Assembly (NCBI GenBank): GCA_016182555.1
Contig: JACPGJ010000007.1
Span: 128,053 to 192,052 of the forward strand
DNA length: 64,000 bases
Origin: Candidatus Kerfeldbacteria bacterium
GTDB taxonomy: Bacteria > Patescibacteriota > Patescibacteriia > UBA9570 > XYC2-FULL-38-9
Direction of reading: 5' to 3'
The translations under genes and the position numbers were made by a program. This document shows positions 46,101 through 55,173 of this stretch, one piece after another. The notes below the pieces were generated by a model. It did not search any database. It had not been told where the DNA came from and saw nothing but the letters and a program-made list of their open reading frames with translations. Position 1 is the first letter of the stretch. Each line of letters begins with the position of its first letter.

Positions 46101-49100
46101 TACAAATGCCGGGTTATTCGCATCATTATCTTCGCGGAAAAACAAAGTGGAAGAAGAGGCTGGATCAAATTTATTTTCAATGGTGATCGGGCCAAGCACA
46201 TAGTGTTCGTAACTCGTGCTGAAGGTGAAATTGGAAACACTTGTCTGAATATCGGAGCTTATGTCGGTTAAAATAGTACTGTAGCTACCAGATATATCGT
46301 ACATACTCCCACCAAATGTTGGAGTAATGTCATTATATGCATAAACCGATGCAGGCTTCGTACAAGATGATTGGCCGCTGTCGCCACATGCGCTATTTAA
46401 CTCTTCCGCGTCACTCGCGATTGCCGGGCTATCATTACCAAACACAATGCTATAGAGGGTGTATGGTGTTTTCTGGAATTCGGCAATAAAATTTGTTTCG
46501 TCTGTTGGGTCCCATGCCGATGCGGTTTCCTCATCTTCTGCGGTGTCCGAATCGATATAGGTATCTTGTTCCGGCACAGTATCGGTAAGCAACACAATAA
46601 ATTGACCGGCGCCGGAACGAAAATCAATAGTACTGGTACCCGCACTATAGGTAAATGTGTTGTCAGCGATATTTTTTAATGCCTGGTAATTGTACGCCGA
46701 ACCACTTTCGAGATGGCCTGCGATAAAGTTCATGGCGGTTTGGAATGTGCTTGCACTGCTGGTCGTACTGGTGGTAATACCGTTGGTTGCACCATAATCA
46801 GTGGAGGCGTCACCACTGTCATCATAATCGCTGAAATCTAAAATTGCTGGGGTGCGGCCACCACCGGTAGTGACAATCGACACCTGGTAATCGATACCCG
46901 AATCTTCCAACCCTTGCACAATCGCACTGGTATTTGTAGCAATATTCGAAATATACGTTGACATACTCCCAGAAGCATCTATCACAAATACCAAATCTGC
47001 CTTCGCGTGGCCGGTTTCAAAATAATCCACATTTTCGAAATCGCTATCATGGGTGATGCCGATTTGCATCAAATCTTGCTCGGTCACATAATCAATAAAC
47101 TGTGCGTCAAAAGACAAGGTATATTCTTGACCCGGAATAATAGAACTCAAATCCACCGCCAGACCTTCTTGTGCACCGGTGGTTTGTGGCTGTACATACA
47201 TAACATTGTTCAAATCGAGTGTGGAGGCTGCCACTGCTGAACCTAAAACATCAACATCGGGGTGTGTATAATCTAATCCATCCTGGTAATCAATAATCAC
47301 CATTTGCGCATCACTCAGTGTGGTCCAATGGTTCCCCCCCCATATTTCGGTGGTTGTACCATCATCATTAACCGTTTGGACTACATTCTCACACCACCCT
47401 TGTTCATATTCAATATCTTCAATATTCGTATCAGTGGCTTTCTCAGCCTGCGCATCATCGCTAGCTATCACTGTTTGTACCACACTGTCGGTTTCAAGCG
47501 TGCGACAATGGTAATCCAGTGTACAGCTCATACTCTTATCACGCTGGCGTTCTAATTTGTTTACCGTAGAAGCATCGTAAATCAAATTTGTATCGGTGTA
47601 GCTGCCAATACCATCACAAGACACCTCTTCAAAATCACCCATCGGAACTAATTCGTCTTTCGCGCCACCCAAACCACGTTCAGGAATCCAATCTTCGGGG
47701 TAGTAGCCGTATGTTATTGCGTCTTCACACGTTGCATCACTATCACACACATTACCGCTGTTTGCTCCACCAACGCACGTTAGGCTGCTATCATCACAAT
47801 ATGCCCCAACCCATTGGCCACCAACCGAAGCGAACCCAGAGACATCAGCAATTTTTGCTAAATCAGAGGTATCACCAGGCTCCGAAACTACACTCACATC
47901 ATCATCATAACCAAGGGAACTAGCATCTGCTTGATCGGCCCATTGTAAACATTCACCCGTTGATTCATTTCGTTTTTTACACGTACGAATTTCCAAACAC
48001 GTTCCACCATTTTCGCTATCGCTGGTGCTATTGGGGTCCACTAAGGCGCACGCTAACCACTGCGCACATTCACGATCATTACGCACTTTCAGGATGGTAT
48101 TTGCATCTGCCGTATTCGGGCGAGAATCACAATTCGTGGTTCTGGTCGCCGCGTTGTATTCGCAGGTGGTAAAACTATACGACGTCTGCGTCTTGTTTGC
48201 TGCCGTTTGTTCTTCTTCTACGCTTGAAAGGTAAGATAATGAATCGTTCGTCGCATCACGGAACGCCACACAACCACTATCAATATTCACCACACCGGCG
48301 CAGGTATTTTCTTCCGATTCTGGTGCGCCATCAACGGAACTACTGATATAGGTATATTCCTCTTGCGGTGCAAATTCTAAGTTATCAAAGTAGACGGCTG
48401 AAGAATCATTTCCAGTTTCAATAAACACTTTCACGAAATAGGCATCAGCGGGAAATTCATGAATAAGATTCCGACCGATGGTTGCTTCAAAGCGAACCCA
48501 TTGATTGGTTGGAATCGTATCATCTGTTTCTGCACGGTCAACGCCTTCGTACGCCGCAATCGCATAATCAGAAGCAACATCATTTTCTACCGCTATCTCT
48601 TCACCTTGCAAATCGTAATAGAACAACCCAATCGCAAACGGCGTATCGGCGTTAGTCAGATACACATCTCCGGTGAGCGTATACATTCCATTCACATCAA
48701 CCGTGACCGTGTCTGATGTTGCCATACAATGTGTTGCGCTGTTCGTATTGGTGGCGAGCTTAAACGACATACCTGCATCAAAACTTGGTTCAGCGTCGCC
48801 AGAGACACCAAACGAATTACACGCAATAGTGGTTTGCGAATCGGCGTTGGCAAAAAATTCATTGCTGGTACCCGAACTTACCGCACTCCAGTTATCGGGA
48901 ATACCATCTGGAGAACCATCTGTGATATTCGTATTACTTCCTACATCTGTATTCATATTCCCGTTCGTCACCAAAGATTCCGTATTTGGGTCGACATATA
49001 AGGTACAACCAGCAAAATCATCATTACACGAACCGACCCAACCGGAATTGTCATCAACATTAGCAGAACAGCGGTGAATCACACCATCAGCGCCGGTACA

Positions 49101-52100
49101 ATCGGTATCTGAACTACACAATTTTTGGTCACGATCGCCGCCCACACAAATCGCTCCTTTTGGTTGCGATGGCGCAAGAGACCATTCACCATCACTTTGC
49201 AGCGGACAAGGCGTACCATCTGGTTTTTCCCATTCGCCAGCCGCATCATTATAGGTACACAGTTTTTCTCCAGGATTCTGGAAATATTCCACCGAACCGT
49301 CCGCGGTGGTGTAGGCGCTACAAGAACGTTGCTGCTCTTGGCAGAGCGCCGTATCATACGTATCAGGATCATTAATGAGGTACGTAGAATTAAAGGAGGT
49401 CACATTTCCATCTGCATCTAGTGTTGGTTCACCAAACAGTGAACAACCAGCAACATCATCACTACTACACATAACTGAATCATTCACAGCGTAGGTCACC
49501 ACATTATCAACCGGCACGCTCACATCATCTTCACTATATTCATTATCCGTATTGTAATCCTGTTGATATGGTGAATCCGAATTATGGGTATCAAACAACG
49601 CCTGGCAGCCCACCACGCTTTCATCACAGAGCGAGCTAAACGATTTGAGATACTGCGTTTCATCATCAGAATCCTTGTATTCCTCACAACCTTCAAAACC
49701 AGTACACAAATCTGAAGTACCATGAATGAGATAATGGCTCACATTCAACCGTAATTCCACTGTATCGATATTCGCTTGTTGCCCTTCATAGAAGAAGCCA
49801 AATGTTTCGTCGGAGTTCACCCCATTCGGGAATACAAATGGGCCAACCAAATATTCCTGCCATTCGGTGCCGAGCTCCACTCCGCTATCGTCAAGGTTTT
49901 GCACTTGGCCACTGGTGGCGGAGAAGAAGAATGGATACAAGTGTACGGTATCTGCCGCATTCGATTTTTTTGCCCAGAAGGAAACCACATAACTACTGTC
50001 TGCGTTTAACATTTCCGCAACGCTAGTCGTTGCCGATGTTTGACCATTCGTCGTGCCAGTGCCAATCGCCATCGACAAACCGGTATTGGCAGTAATCACT
50101 TCAGAAGATGCTTCCCCGCCACTCCAAACGCTGCTATCAAAATCTTCATCTAAAATCACCTGCGCATCGCCGCCTTGCGAACCTTCATATTCACGACACA
50201 AATTCGCACTCGAAGGACAACTCGTGCTTTCAGAAGTTAATGCATAATACGTTCTACCGTCTTCGTTATTGCGGATACCGCTACATTCATCGGATACCGC
50301 AATTGTTGCTGACTTCAACACATGATAGACTTCACCATCCGCATCATAATATTCCGTACAATCCGGGTTAGTGGCCATATCGCTTGCGGCGCACGTTTGC
50401 GGCGTGAGTTGGTCATCAATACAATCTGCTTGAGCGGTTTGTGCAGAACCACCATAGACATCCAAGTTCGTACACGGCGCGCTACTTGCATTACTCTTCT
50501 TCAAATACCACGTACGTAATTGATACCCAGAGACATCAGATCCTTCAAATGTATAGTAATATCCAATTTCGTCTGCATCAACTTGCGCCTGAGTTTCTTG
50601 AACACATTGTTTGATGTAGGTATAATATTCAATTTCTTCACCGCCAGTCGTTGTATTTTCCAAGTTGGTGTACGCTTCACAACCAACATAAGTCGCCGAA
50701 CAACTTTCACCAGTAGATGGAATAATCGAAATGGTTGGCAAACAGGCTGCGCCACCACACACATCGATCGTGCCGGATGGATCACACGCTGTTTCGCTAT
50801 CCTCACAATAATAACCGGTGCGAGAAAGTATGGCACTCACCGCATCGTCCGACATCGCATCAATCTGCTCCTGCGTGAAGCCAGAAATATCACTGATTGG
50901 TGCATTAAGCGATGTTGGATTTTCAATATAGGCATCACAACCCACCTGCTCTGCACTACATTGTGAACAGGCCGGGTTGTCTAAATTATCACCATTGCCA
51001 CAAGCGTCTGATAATGAATTCGTAATAATACCTGGAACAGCCGTGGTGCTTTCACCGCTTTGTGGGGTATACAGCATACAACCAACTTCATCAACGGAAC
51101 ACGCCTGTGCTTCATTCGTATTGATCGTAATACGGTCAGCACCATAATCCGTAAAACTGGTTAAGGCGTCATTAGTTTCGACAAGAGAAACCCCATCTAA
51201 CGCCAAGCTACAACCGGTTGTGGCATAAATATTTACACGAATTGTACTACTGTCTTCATCTGGCCCGAAAGTAACAATCCCGGAATTGATTTGTTGAAAA
51301 TCGCTGGCGGTTGTATATGACGCAGTGGCGGCATGCGATTCTCCGGAATCAGCATTAATTTCATAATTGCCTGTGCAGGAATCGGTATCAGAAGTATTTT
51401 TGTAAAAATAACTTAACACAAACGATCGGTTTGCGAGTGGCTGCACCGTATCCACCACGGCGCTGATATGTCCGTCGGAGTTATTTTCCTGCAATTCTAA
51501 CATCACGGAACCATTCAGTGCTTGTTGTACCGCACGTGCACTCACCCCATCTATTTGTGACCATCCATAACAGGTTCCATCAACTGAACTCTGGCAAGGT
51601 TCACCACTATTCACATCACCAGTGTCTCCATAAAAACCGAACGTATCTGCGCCGTAGGTCGAAGTTTCATCCAGACTTGGTAATGTCGCAATATCATCAA
51701 CGGTTGGATCTTTGAAACTATTAAACTCTTCAAAACTACCGTTAAAAAGAATATTCCCGCCTTTGAGTGAAATATATTCGGCGCAGCCACCATCGGCTGA
51801 ATCACACGCTTGTACATCATCATCAAAAGAAATGGCAGAATCGATATTCGCTTCTTCATCTGTCTGCGTACCAAGCGTACAGGTTGTATTGCCCTCTGTG
51901 GTACAGGAATATGCTCCATACTCTATGGTACAGGTTTGCGAGTCACTCGCTGTACAACTACACCCATTTTCGTCACCACAGACCGTATAGGTTTCTCCTT
52001 GATTGGCACACAGGAACTCTCCACTATCCGTGACTTCCGTACAATACCATTGACACCCCGCATTACTGGAATCACAATCGTTATAATTCAATGTATTTTG

Positions 52101-53906
52101 CAAATAGGATGCATCATTTCCATCTTCATCTGTATAAGATGTACACGATGCTTCATACGCCGGACAGGATTCACCTTCAAAGCGATAAATGCGTTTTTGT
52201 TTTGTGCAATAGCCATACGCCTCGCAATTACCGCTTTCATCTTCAGACAAACACGATTGTGAATCCACACAACTGGATAAACGGGTAATCAATTGTTCGT
52301 CTGGTGAGTACGGATTGCCATCTAAATCGGCAAAACTTTCGTTCGCAATGACCTCCCCATACGATTCTGTTTTACATAACACATCTGGGGCTTTGAGTAC
52401 CCAGTTCGGATCGATTAAACCACAATAGGGCGAATAATTATCAGTGCTACAATGATCAAAGGCATCGACTAATTGACCAAGGGTGACCTGATCTTCACTA
52501 GCATCTTTATCAAAATCTTGATAATAATTTGCGGCCAACTCCCACCCAACAGGTACCACGCTATATTGACGCAATACAATAACATTTCGCAACGAAATGC
52601 CATCATTCGGGTTCGTACTATCAACCCCGAAAGGAGTATCTGCGGGAATACGCTGAGCATCAATCGCTTCTTTCACAGACATTCCTTCTTCAATTGCTGA
52701 ACGGAACCCTTCATTGATAACGCAATTCGTCACATCTTGACCTTGTTCAGGGCAGTTGGCAAAATGGGTCAAAATATCGACAGTGCCACCACTCGTAAAC
52801 GCTGGTGTTCGAAATGATGCAAATTTTTCCTGCGCACCAATAATGCCGGAACTATGGCTGGTTGTTGACCCGGAACCGGATAACGACTCAGAAATATCTT
52901 TATCCGTAAAAAAACTTAATAAACCACTGCTCACATTTTCTAACAACTTGGCCGCCAGAGTATTCACAAATACAGACAACGCATCTGCAACGATATTATC
53001 TTGCTGAATCGTTTCTGCGCCCGTCGCATTGTTAATGGTGGTAACGAGTTGGTTCACCACAAGCGTGGAAGGCGTTTCAATATAGCCAGAAATTTTTGCT
53101 GCCTTATCCTTCGCGTCTGATTTCAACCGTTCAATTTCGGCCTCACGCTCTGCCGCTGCCTGTTCACCGCTAATATCATCCCAAGCGATAAGTAATGTGG
53201 ACAAACCATTGGCTCCATCATCATAGGTCGCAGATAAATTCACAAAGGATGTGGGGTCTTCTGCAAAACTCAATGCTTGGTCGTAGACATTATTTCCAAA
53301 ATTCGTGAGTGCCTCGCTCGCTTTACAACGTGCTTTATAGGGTAACTGTTCCTGTGGTAAATTCAGATTCGGCAAATCAATGCCGCTGAGCCGTGCCAGT
53401 GTGACATTCACATTAATACTCACGTCCGGATTCAAGTTACACAGATCGAGCTTCATATATCCATTTTCGCTCCCAAGCGTATCAAGAAATGCTCCAGCAG
53501 CAGAATCACCAGCGTCGGCTAAATAGCTACCAATATCTTTTGTAAACAGTAATGGCTTCTGATTTTTGTCTCCAGAACCAATCCAAACAGCGGTATCGTA
53601 GGCAATTTTTTCAAGGAATGAACGAATGGCATTTTTCACGCCCACTTTTCCAGCCGTGATCAAGCCCTCTTTCACAAACGTGAGCACTTTATTTGCAATA
53701 TCAGGCACACTCACCACCACCGATGTTGGAAGTTGCGCGTATGCTGGGGCAGGTGTGGCTCCAAACACCAAGACCATAAGCACAATAGCGAGAGAAGCAC
53801 TGATAGAAAAAATCTGTCGTTTTCCACGCTGAGCGAAAGATTGTAAACGTTTCCAAGCGTTGATATGCATACGACTATGGCTGCTGATTGGTGTTATTGG
53901 TATCAT
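43122..53906 (-). CDS. giant (3594 aa) Cys-rich extracellular protein with N-terminal signal/anchor, a vWA (MIDAS) domain and C-terminal TSP3-like calcium-binding repeats; putative adhesin
   Basis: Single uninterrupted 10.8 kb ORF. N-terminal hydrophobic segment (ISASLAIVLMVLVFGATPAPAYAQ). DxSxS MIDAS motif (LVFVIDASGSMS). Hundreds of Cys in Thr/Ser/Asp-rich context. C-terminal DTDTDGDGIPDINDTDDDDDGMIDSIDTDDDGDGILD. Confidence 0.7.
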   Translation of the reverse strand: MIPITPISSHSRMHINAWKRLQSFAQRGKRQIFSISASLAIVLMVLVFGATPAPAYAQLPTSVVVSVPDIANKVLTFVKEGLITAGKVGVKNAIRSFLEKIAYDTAVWIGSGDKNQKPLLFTKDIGSYLADAGDSAAGAFLDTLGSENGYMKLDLCNLNPDVSINVNVTLARLSGIDLPNLNLPQEQLPYKARCKASEALTNFGNNVYDQALSFAEDPTSFVNLSATYDDGANGLSTLLIAWDDISGEQAAAEREAEIERLKSDAKDKAAKISGYIETPSTLVVNQLVTTINNATGAETIQQDNIVADALSVFVNTLAAKLLENVSSGLLSFFTDKDISESLSGSGSTTSHSSGIIGAQEKFASFRTPAFTSGGTVDILTHFANCPEQGQDVTNCVINEGFRSAIEEGMSVKEAIDAQRIPADTPFGVDSTNPNDGISLRNVIVLRQYSVVPVGWELAANYYQDFDKDASEDQVTLGQLVDAFDHCSTDNYSPYCGLIDPNWVLKAPDVLCKTESYGEVIANESFADLDGNPYSPDEQLITRLSSCVDSQSCLSEDESGNCEAYGYCTKQKRIYRFEGESCPAYEASCTSYTDEDGNDASYLQNTLNYNDCDSSNAGCQWYCTEVTDSGEFLCANQGETYTVCGDENGCSCTASDSQTCTIEYGAYSCTTEGNTTCTLGTQTDEEANIDSAISFDDDVQACDSADGGCAEYISLKGGNILFNGSFEEFNSFKDPTVDDIATLPSLDETSTYGADTFGFYGDTGDVNSGEPCQSSVDGTCYGWSQIDGVSARAVQQALNGSVMLELQENNSDGHISAVVDTVQPLANRSFVLSYFYKNTSDTDSCTGNYEINADSGESHAATASYTTASDFQQINSGIVTFGPDEDSSTIRVNIYATTGCSLALDGVSLVETNDALTSFTDYGADRITINTNEAQACSVDEVGCMLYTPQSGESTTAVPGIITNSLSDACGNGDNLDNPACSQCSAEQVGCDAYIENPTSLNAPISDISGFTQEQIDAMSDDAVSAILSRTGYYCEDSETACDPSGTIDVCGGAACLPTISIIPSTGESCSATYVGCEAYTNLENTTTGGEEIEYYTYIKQCVQETQAQVDADEIGYYYTFEGSDVSGYQLRTWYLKKSNASSAPCTNLDVYGGSAQTAQADCIDDQLTPQTCAASDMATNPDCTEYYDADGEVYHVLKSATIAVSDECSGIRNNEDGRTYYALTSESTSCPSSANLCREYEGSQGGDAQVILDEDFDSSVWSGGEASSEVITANTGLSMAIGTGTTNGQTSATTSVAEMLNADSSYVVSFWAKKSNAADTVHLYPFFFSATSGQVQNLDDSGVELGTEWQEYLVGPFVFPNGVNSDETFGFFYEGQQANIDTVELRLNVSHYLIHGTSDLCTGFEGCEEYKDSDDETQYLKSFSSLCDESVVGCQALFDTHNSDSPYQQDYNTDNEYSEDDVSVPVDNVVTYAVNDSVMCSSDDVAGCSLFGEPTLDADGNVTSFNSTYLINDPDTYDTALCQEQQRSCSAYTTADGSVEYFQNPGEKLCTYNDAAGEWEKPDGTPCPLQSDGEWSLAPSQPKGAICVGGDRDQKLCSSDTDCTGADGVIHRCSANVDDNSGWVGSCNDDFAGCTLYVDPNTESLVTNGNMNTDVGSNTNITDGSPDGIPDNWSAVSSGTSNEFFANADSQTTIACNSFGVSGDAEPSFDAGMSFKLATNTNSATHCMATSDTVTVDVNGMYTLTGDVYLTNADTPFAIGLFYYDLQGEEIAVENDVASDYAIAAYEGVDRAETDDTIPTNQWVRFEATIGRNLIHEFPADAYFVKVFIETGNDSSAVYFDNLEFAPQEEYTYISSSVDGAPESEENTCAGVVNIDSGCVAFRDATNDSLSYLSSVEEEQTAANKTQTSYSFTTCEYNAATRTTNCDSRPNTADANTILKVRNDRECAQWLACALVDPNSTSDSENGGTCLEIRTCKKRNESTGECLQWADQADASSLGYDDDVSVVSEPGDTSDLAKIADVSGFASVGGQWVGAYCDDSSLTCVGGANSGNVCDSDATCEDAITYGYYPEDWIPERGLGGAKDELVPMGDFEEVSCDGIGSYTDTNLIYDASTVNKLERQRDKSMSCTLDYHCRTLETDSVVQTVIASDDAQAEKATDTNIEDIEYEQGWCENVVQTVNDDGTTTEIWGGNHWTTLSDAQMVIIDYQDGLDYTHPDVDVLGSAVAASTLDLNNVMYVQPQTTGAQEGLAVDLSSIIPGQEYTLSFDAQFIDYVTEQDLMQIGITHDSDFENVDYFETGHAKADLVFVIDASGSMSTYISNIATNTSAIVQGLEDSGIDYQVSIVTTGGGRTPAILDFSDYDDSGDASTDYGATNGITTSTTSSASTFQTAMNFIAGHLESGSAYNYQALKNIADNTFTYSAGTSTIDFRSGAGQFIVLLTDTVPEQDTYIDSDTAEDEETASAWDPTDETNFIAEFQKTPYTLYSIVFGNDSPAIASDAEELNSACGDSGQSSCTKPASVYAYNDITPTFGGSMYDISGSYSTILTDISSDIQTSVSNFTFSTSYEHYVLGPITIENKFDPASSSTLFFREDNDANNPAFVIDNVSLKPAIEVNKQHNPNSDNAAWLIGQSCRAYPEDSSLSCDYIDDSGVIYTGWKGYCLQQDLNDSSRCVAWWPVAGSSKNSSGTAVRYSQKYPVYHCLVAKGNANLGACLDDGTICTDKSDCGDSQCLGNGTSTYTVNNETVTVTTEGYKIINSVDLHIDDDPHGDYDEDNLEAAKFRRFPASNVDKLVHVSEIDSISFDIGTPENYGGKNYAHESNSWLIGKTSFDTADLETSTETLPEPENTARLYQSGYEEFSGAFDGEEINDNNEDAATAFQSGVWCGSSICTQDSIKSGLNDMDVVFVKAVTGKDAGFLIKGFNSDMYTVYNDQSIEDGIDSSVPLNPFSFSGLKSCTTGACSGAWAGDGIEGVISGTEDAGSQTLDGVSLDAHYFFSRYSYSSDYEVPSTFDTIYDGDCDDGSDGSPCGANIVGVNFDFNDGYLDAVYLFYWDGIRRWDVGDMKGVTWTYYLKEPCLLLVEGATEQAEATPWQERVTGSTGYQIPDVGYTYSMSGVNALFGSLRGDNNGSQPSQIDGIKNNGLSYFTASAEDNLPFVYLNQSEGSALPYACIGSCNATVCQNDYATAYSPTTALSACTNDSLWIGVAGICSSKDPNGQAVVCDSNDDCTAVGAGSTCEMGASYTATAAPATAAASLSTQGTFSAARCSTDGCDTSEETTIDMDTDTDGDGIPDINDTDDDDDGMIDSIDTDDDGDGILDVEEQESGSSSSGSNFGGLLSGAGVGADYTTYLDQLNAAASIAWKRYRLLFADMQGRTVWFANQDSTYTKRNEGLLSFVQDDKIDDTFPTAFTENGSFDFLDPDTMDVCENNTRTDDSEYCAVRPSISNMTVNTHTNEPIVIDSGDTVILGFDSSSDPDQEPVQQIQIDWKATDDSVFNTNDAQTDYWEAASTPGHSYTYVYTCDPTNPAENYHPNADDDTGRYACEFHIKVQIQDNWDFCSGDIHSGEADGDNVRTDYGDCTSYDEYTQTIYVKP
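43975..44080 (-). other. thrombospondin type 3-like / calcium-binding Asp-rich repeats near the C-terminus of the giant protein
   Basis: Encodes DTDTDGDGIPDINDTDDDDDGMIDSIDTDDDGDGILDVEE (DxDxDGxxD pattern). Confidence 0.5.
46500..47010 (-). other. von Willebrand factor A (vWA) domain within the giant protein (approximate bounds)
   Basis: MIDAS motif DASGS encoded around 46962-46985 on the minus strand, followed by an alternating hydrophobic/polar pattern over ~170 aa typical of vWA. Confidence 0.55.
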
Positions 53907-54741
53907 TCACATTCTCATTATCCGCTGGCGCATTGACATCTGGTTGCTTCAATGCTTGTTCAATAACGGTATTAAATAATTCATCGAGTTCCGTATCAGA
54001 GAGCTTATCAATTTCTGCACTTGATACACCAGATTTGGCTAACAATGCTCGTTTTTCATCTGCTGTCATGCTTCGAACGGCATCAGCATATTGGGTAATA
54101 TCGACCTGTGGATTCGTGCCATTTTTTGATTGTTCAACGGTTTGTTGGAAAGCCGCAATCAGCTGTTCATCATTCATCTTTTCTAAAACATCAACGGGCA
54201 CGCCATATTGCTGAAGTGTTGTACGCAGCTTGGCTGTATCAATGTTGCCGTTCTGATCGACACCAAGCAAATCGTCGGGGTTAAATTCGGCAAAGGCTTG
54301 TTGTGCATCGGTGGCTGTACCGTTGGTATTCCCATTGGTTCCTTCCGTGCGGGTTTGCGCACAATCTCCCCCTTCCGGGCAGTTAGGGTTCGTACCGGCA
54401 CTCAATTCATCTTTATCAGTAATGCTATCTGAGTCTGAATCCGCTAGATAAGCGCTGGTACTGTAATAATATTGCTCTTCAAAATCGCTTAAGCCATCAC
54501 TATCTGAATCTTGATTTTGCAATTCCGCTAATGATTTTGCTTCATCAGATTGGTCTAATGCGCTATTGGTATGCTGATTTGTTAATTGTTCACGAATTTT
54601 TGTTAGCACGGTTTTATCACGCGCGAATAAATGCGCACGCACTTGTAATGCTCCGGTAAAAAAAATAAGAATACTAATGATAAAAACCAACCACTTGGAC
54701 ACTTTTGGTACTGAATCAATGCTTTTTATTTTTTGCTCCAT
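53875..54741 (-). CDS. membrane-anchored protein with TSP3-like Asp-rich repeats, upstream partner of the giant gene
   Basis: 288 aa. N-terminal TM helix (WLVFIISILIFFTGAL). DSDSDGLSDFEEQ and DSDSDSITDKDEL repeats. Its 3' end overlaps the start of the giant ORF by 32 nt, indicating the same operon. Confidence 0.45.
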   Translation of the reverse strand: MEQKIKSIDSVPKVSKWLVFIISILIFFTGALQVRAHLFARDKTVLTKIREQLTNQHTNSALDQSDEAKSLAELQNQDSDSDGLSDFEEQYYYSTSAYLADSDSDSITDKDELSAGTNPNCPEGGDCAQTRTEGTNGNTNGTATDAQQAFAEFNPDDLLGVDQNGNIDTAKLRTTLQQYGVPVDVLEKMNDEQLIAAFQQTVEQSKNGTNPQVDITQYADAVRSMTADEKRALLAKSGVSSAEIDKLSDTELDELFNTVIEQALKQPDVNAPADNENVNDTNNTNQQP

Positions 54742-54853
54742 TTTTTGCCATTTTTTTGAAAAATGAATGGTGTGATTATATCATTTACTGTAGCGTTAGT
54801 CAAAGGCAAAAATAACGACTTGCAAAATTTAAAAATTTATGTTATAAATAAAG

Positions 54854-55168
54854 ATGATTATGGATATACAATTTCACGAACTGCTCCAAAAAATCGTTCG
54901 CGAAGCACACCACACTGAACTTCCAACAGCACTGGAAGAAAAAATGATTATGGATTTGTCTATCCAACTGGAGCAGAGGCTGGAAGACAGCATTGCGAAC
55001 GCCTTAACGCCTGAACAAAATATGGCGTACCAACAATTATTAGAAGCAGAGCACACACAAACACAGGTTCTTGAGTTTCTGCACACACATATTCCAAATA
55101 TCAAAAAACGTTTTGAAGAAACTATTGCCCAATTTCGACAAGATTATTTGACTACTGTTCAACGATAA
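54854..55168 (+). CDS. small helical hypothetical protein, upstream partner of the 1468-aa ORF
   Basis: 104 aa, all-helical-looking. Ends 5 nt before the start of the next gene. Confidence 0.35.
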   Translation: MIMDIQFHELLQKIVREAHHTELPTALEEKMIMDLSIQLEQRLEDSIANALTPEQNMAYQQLLEAEHTQTQVLEFLHTHIPNIKKRFEETIAQFRQDYLTTVQR

Positions 55169-55173
55169 TACCT

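Noticed and set aside
43130-53832. Dozens of 60-150-aa ORFs in other frames across the giant gene, and similar ones inside dnaG, the Clp gene, radA, the VirB6-like gene and the 1468-aa gene
   Set aside because: All are nested inside long ORFs that carry clear motifs, and none has an independent start signal or motif support.
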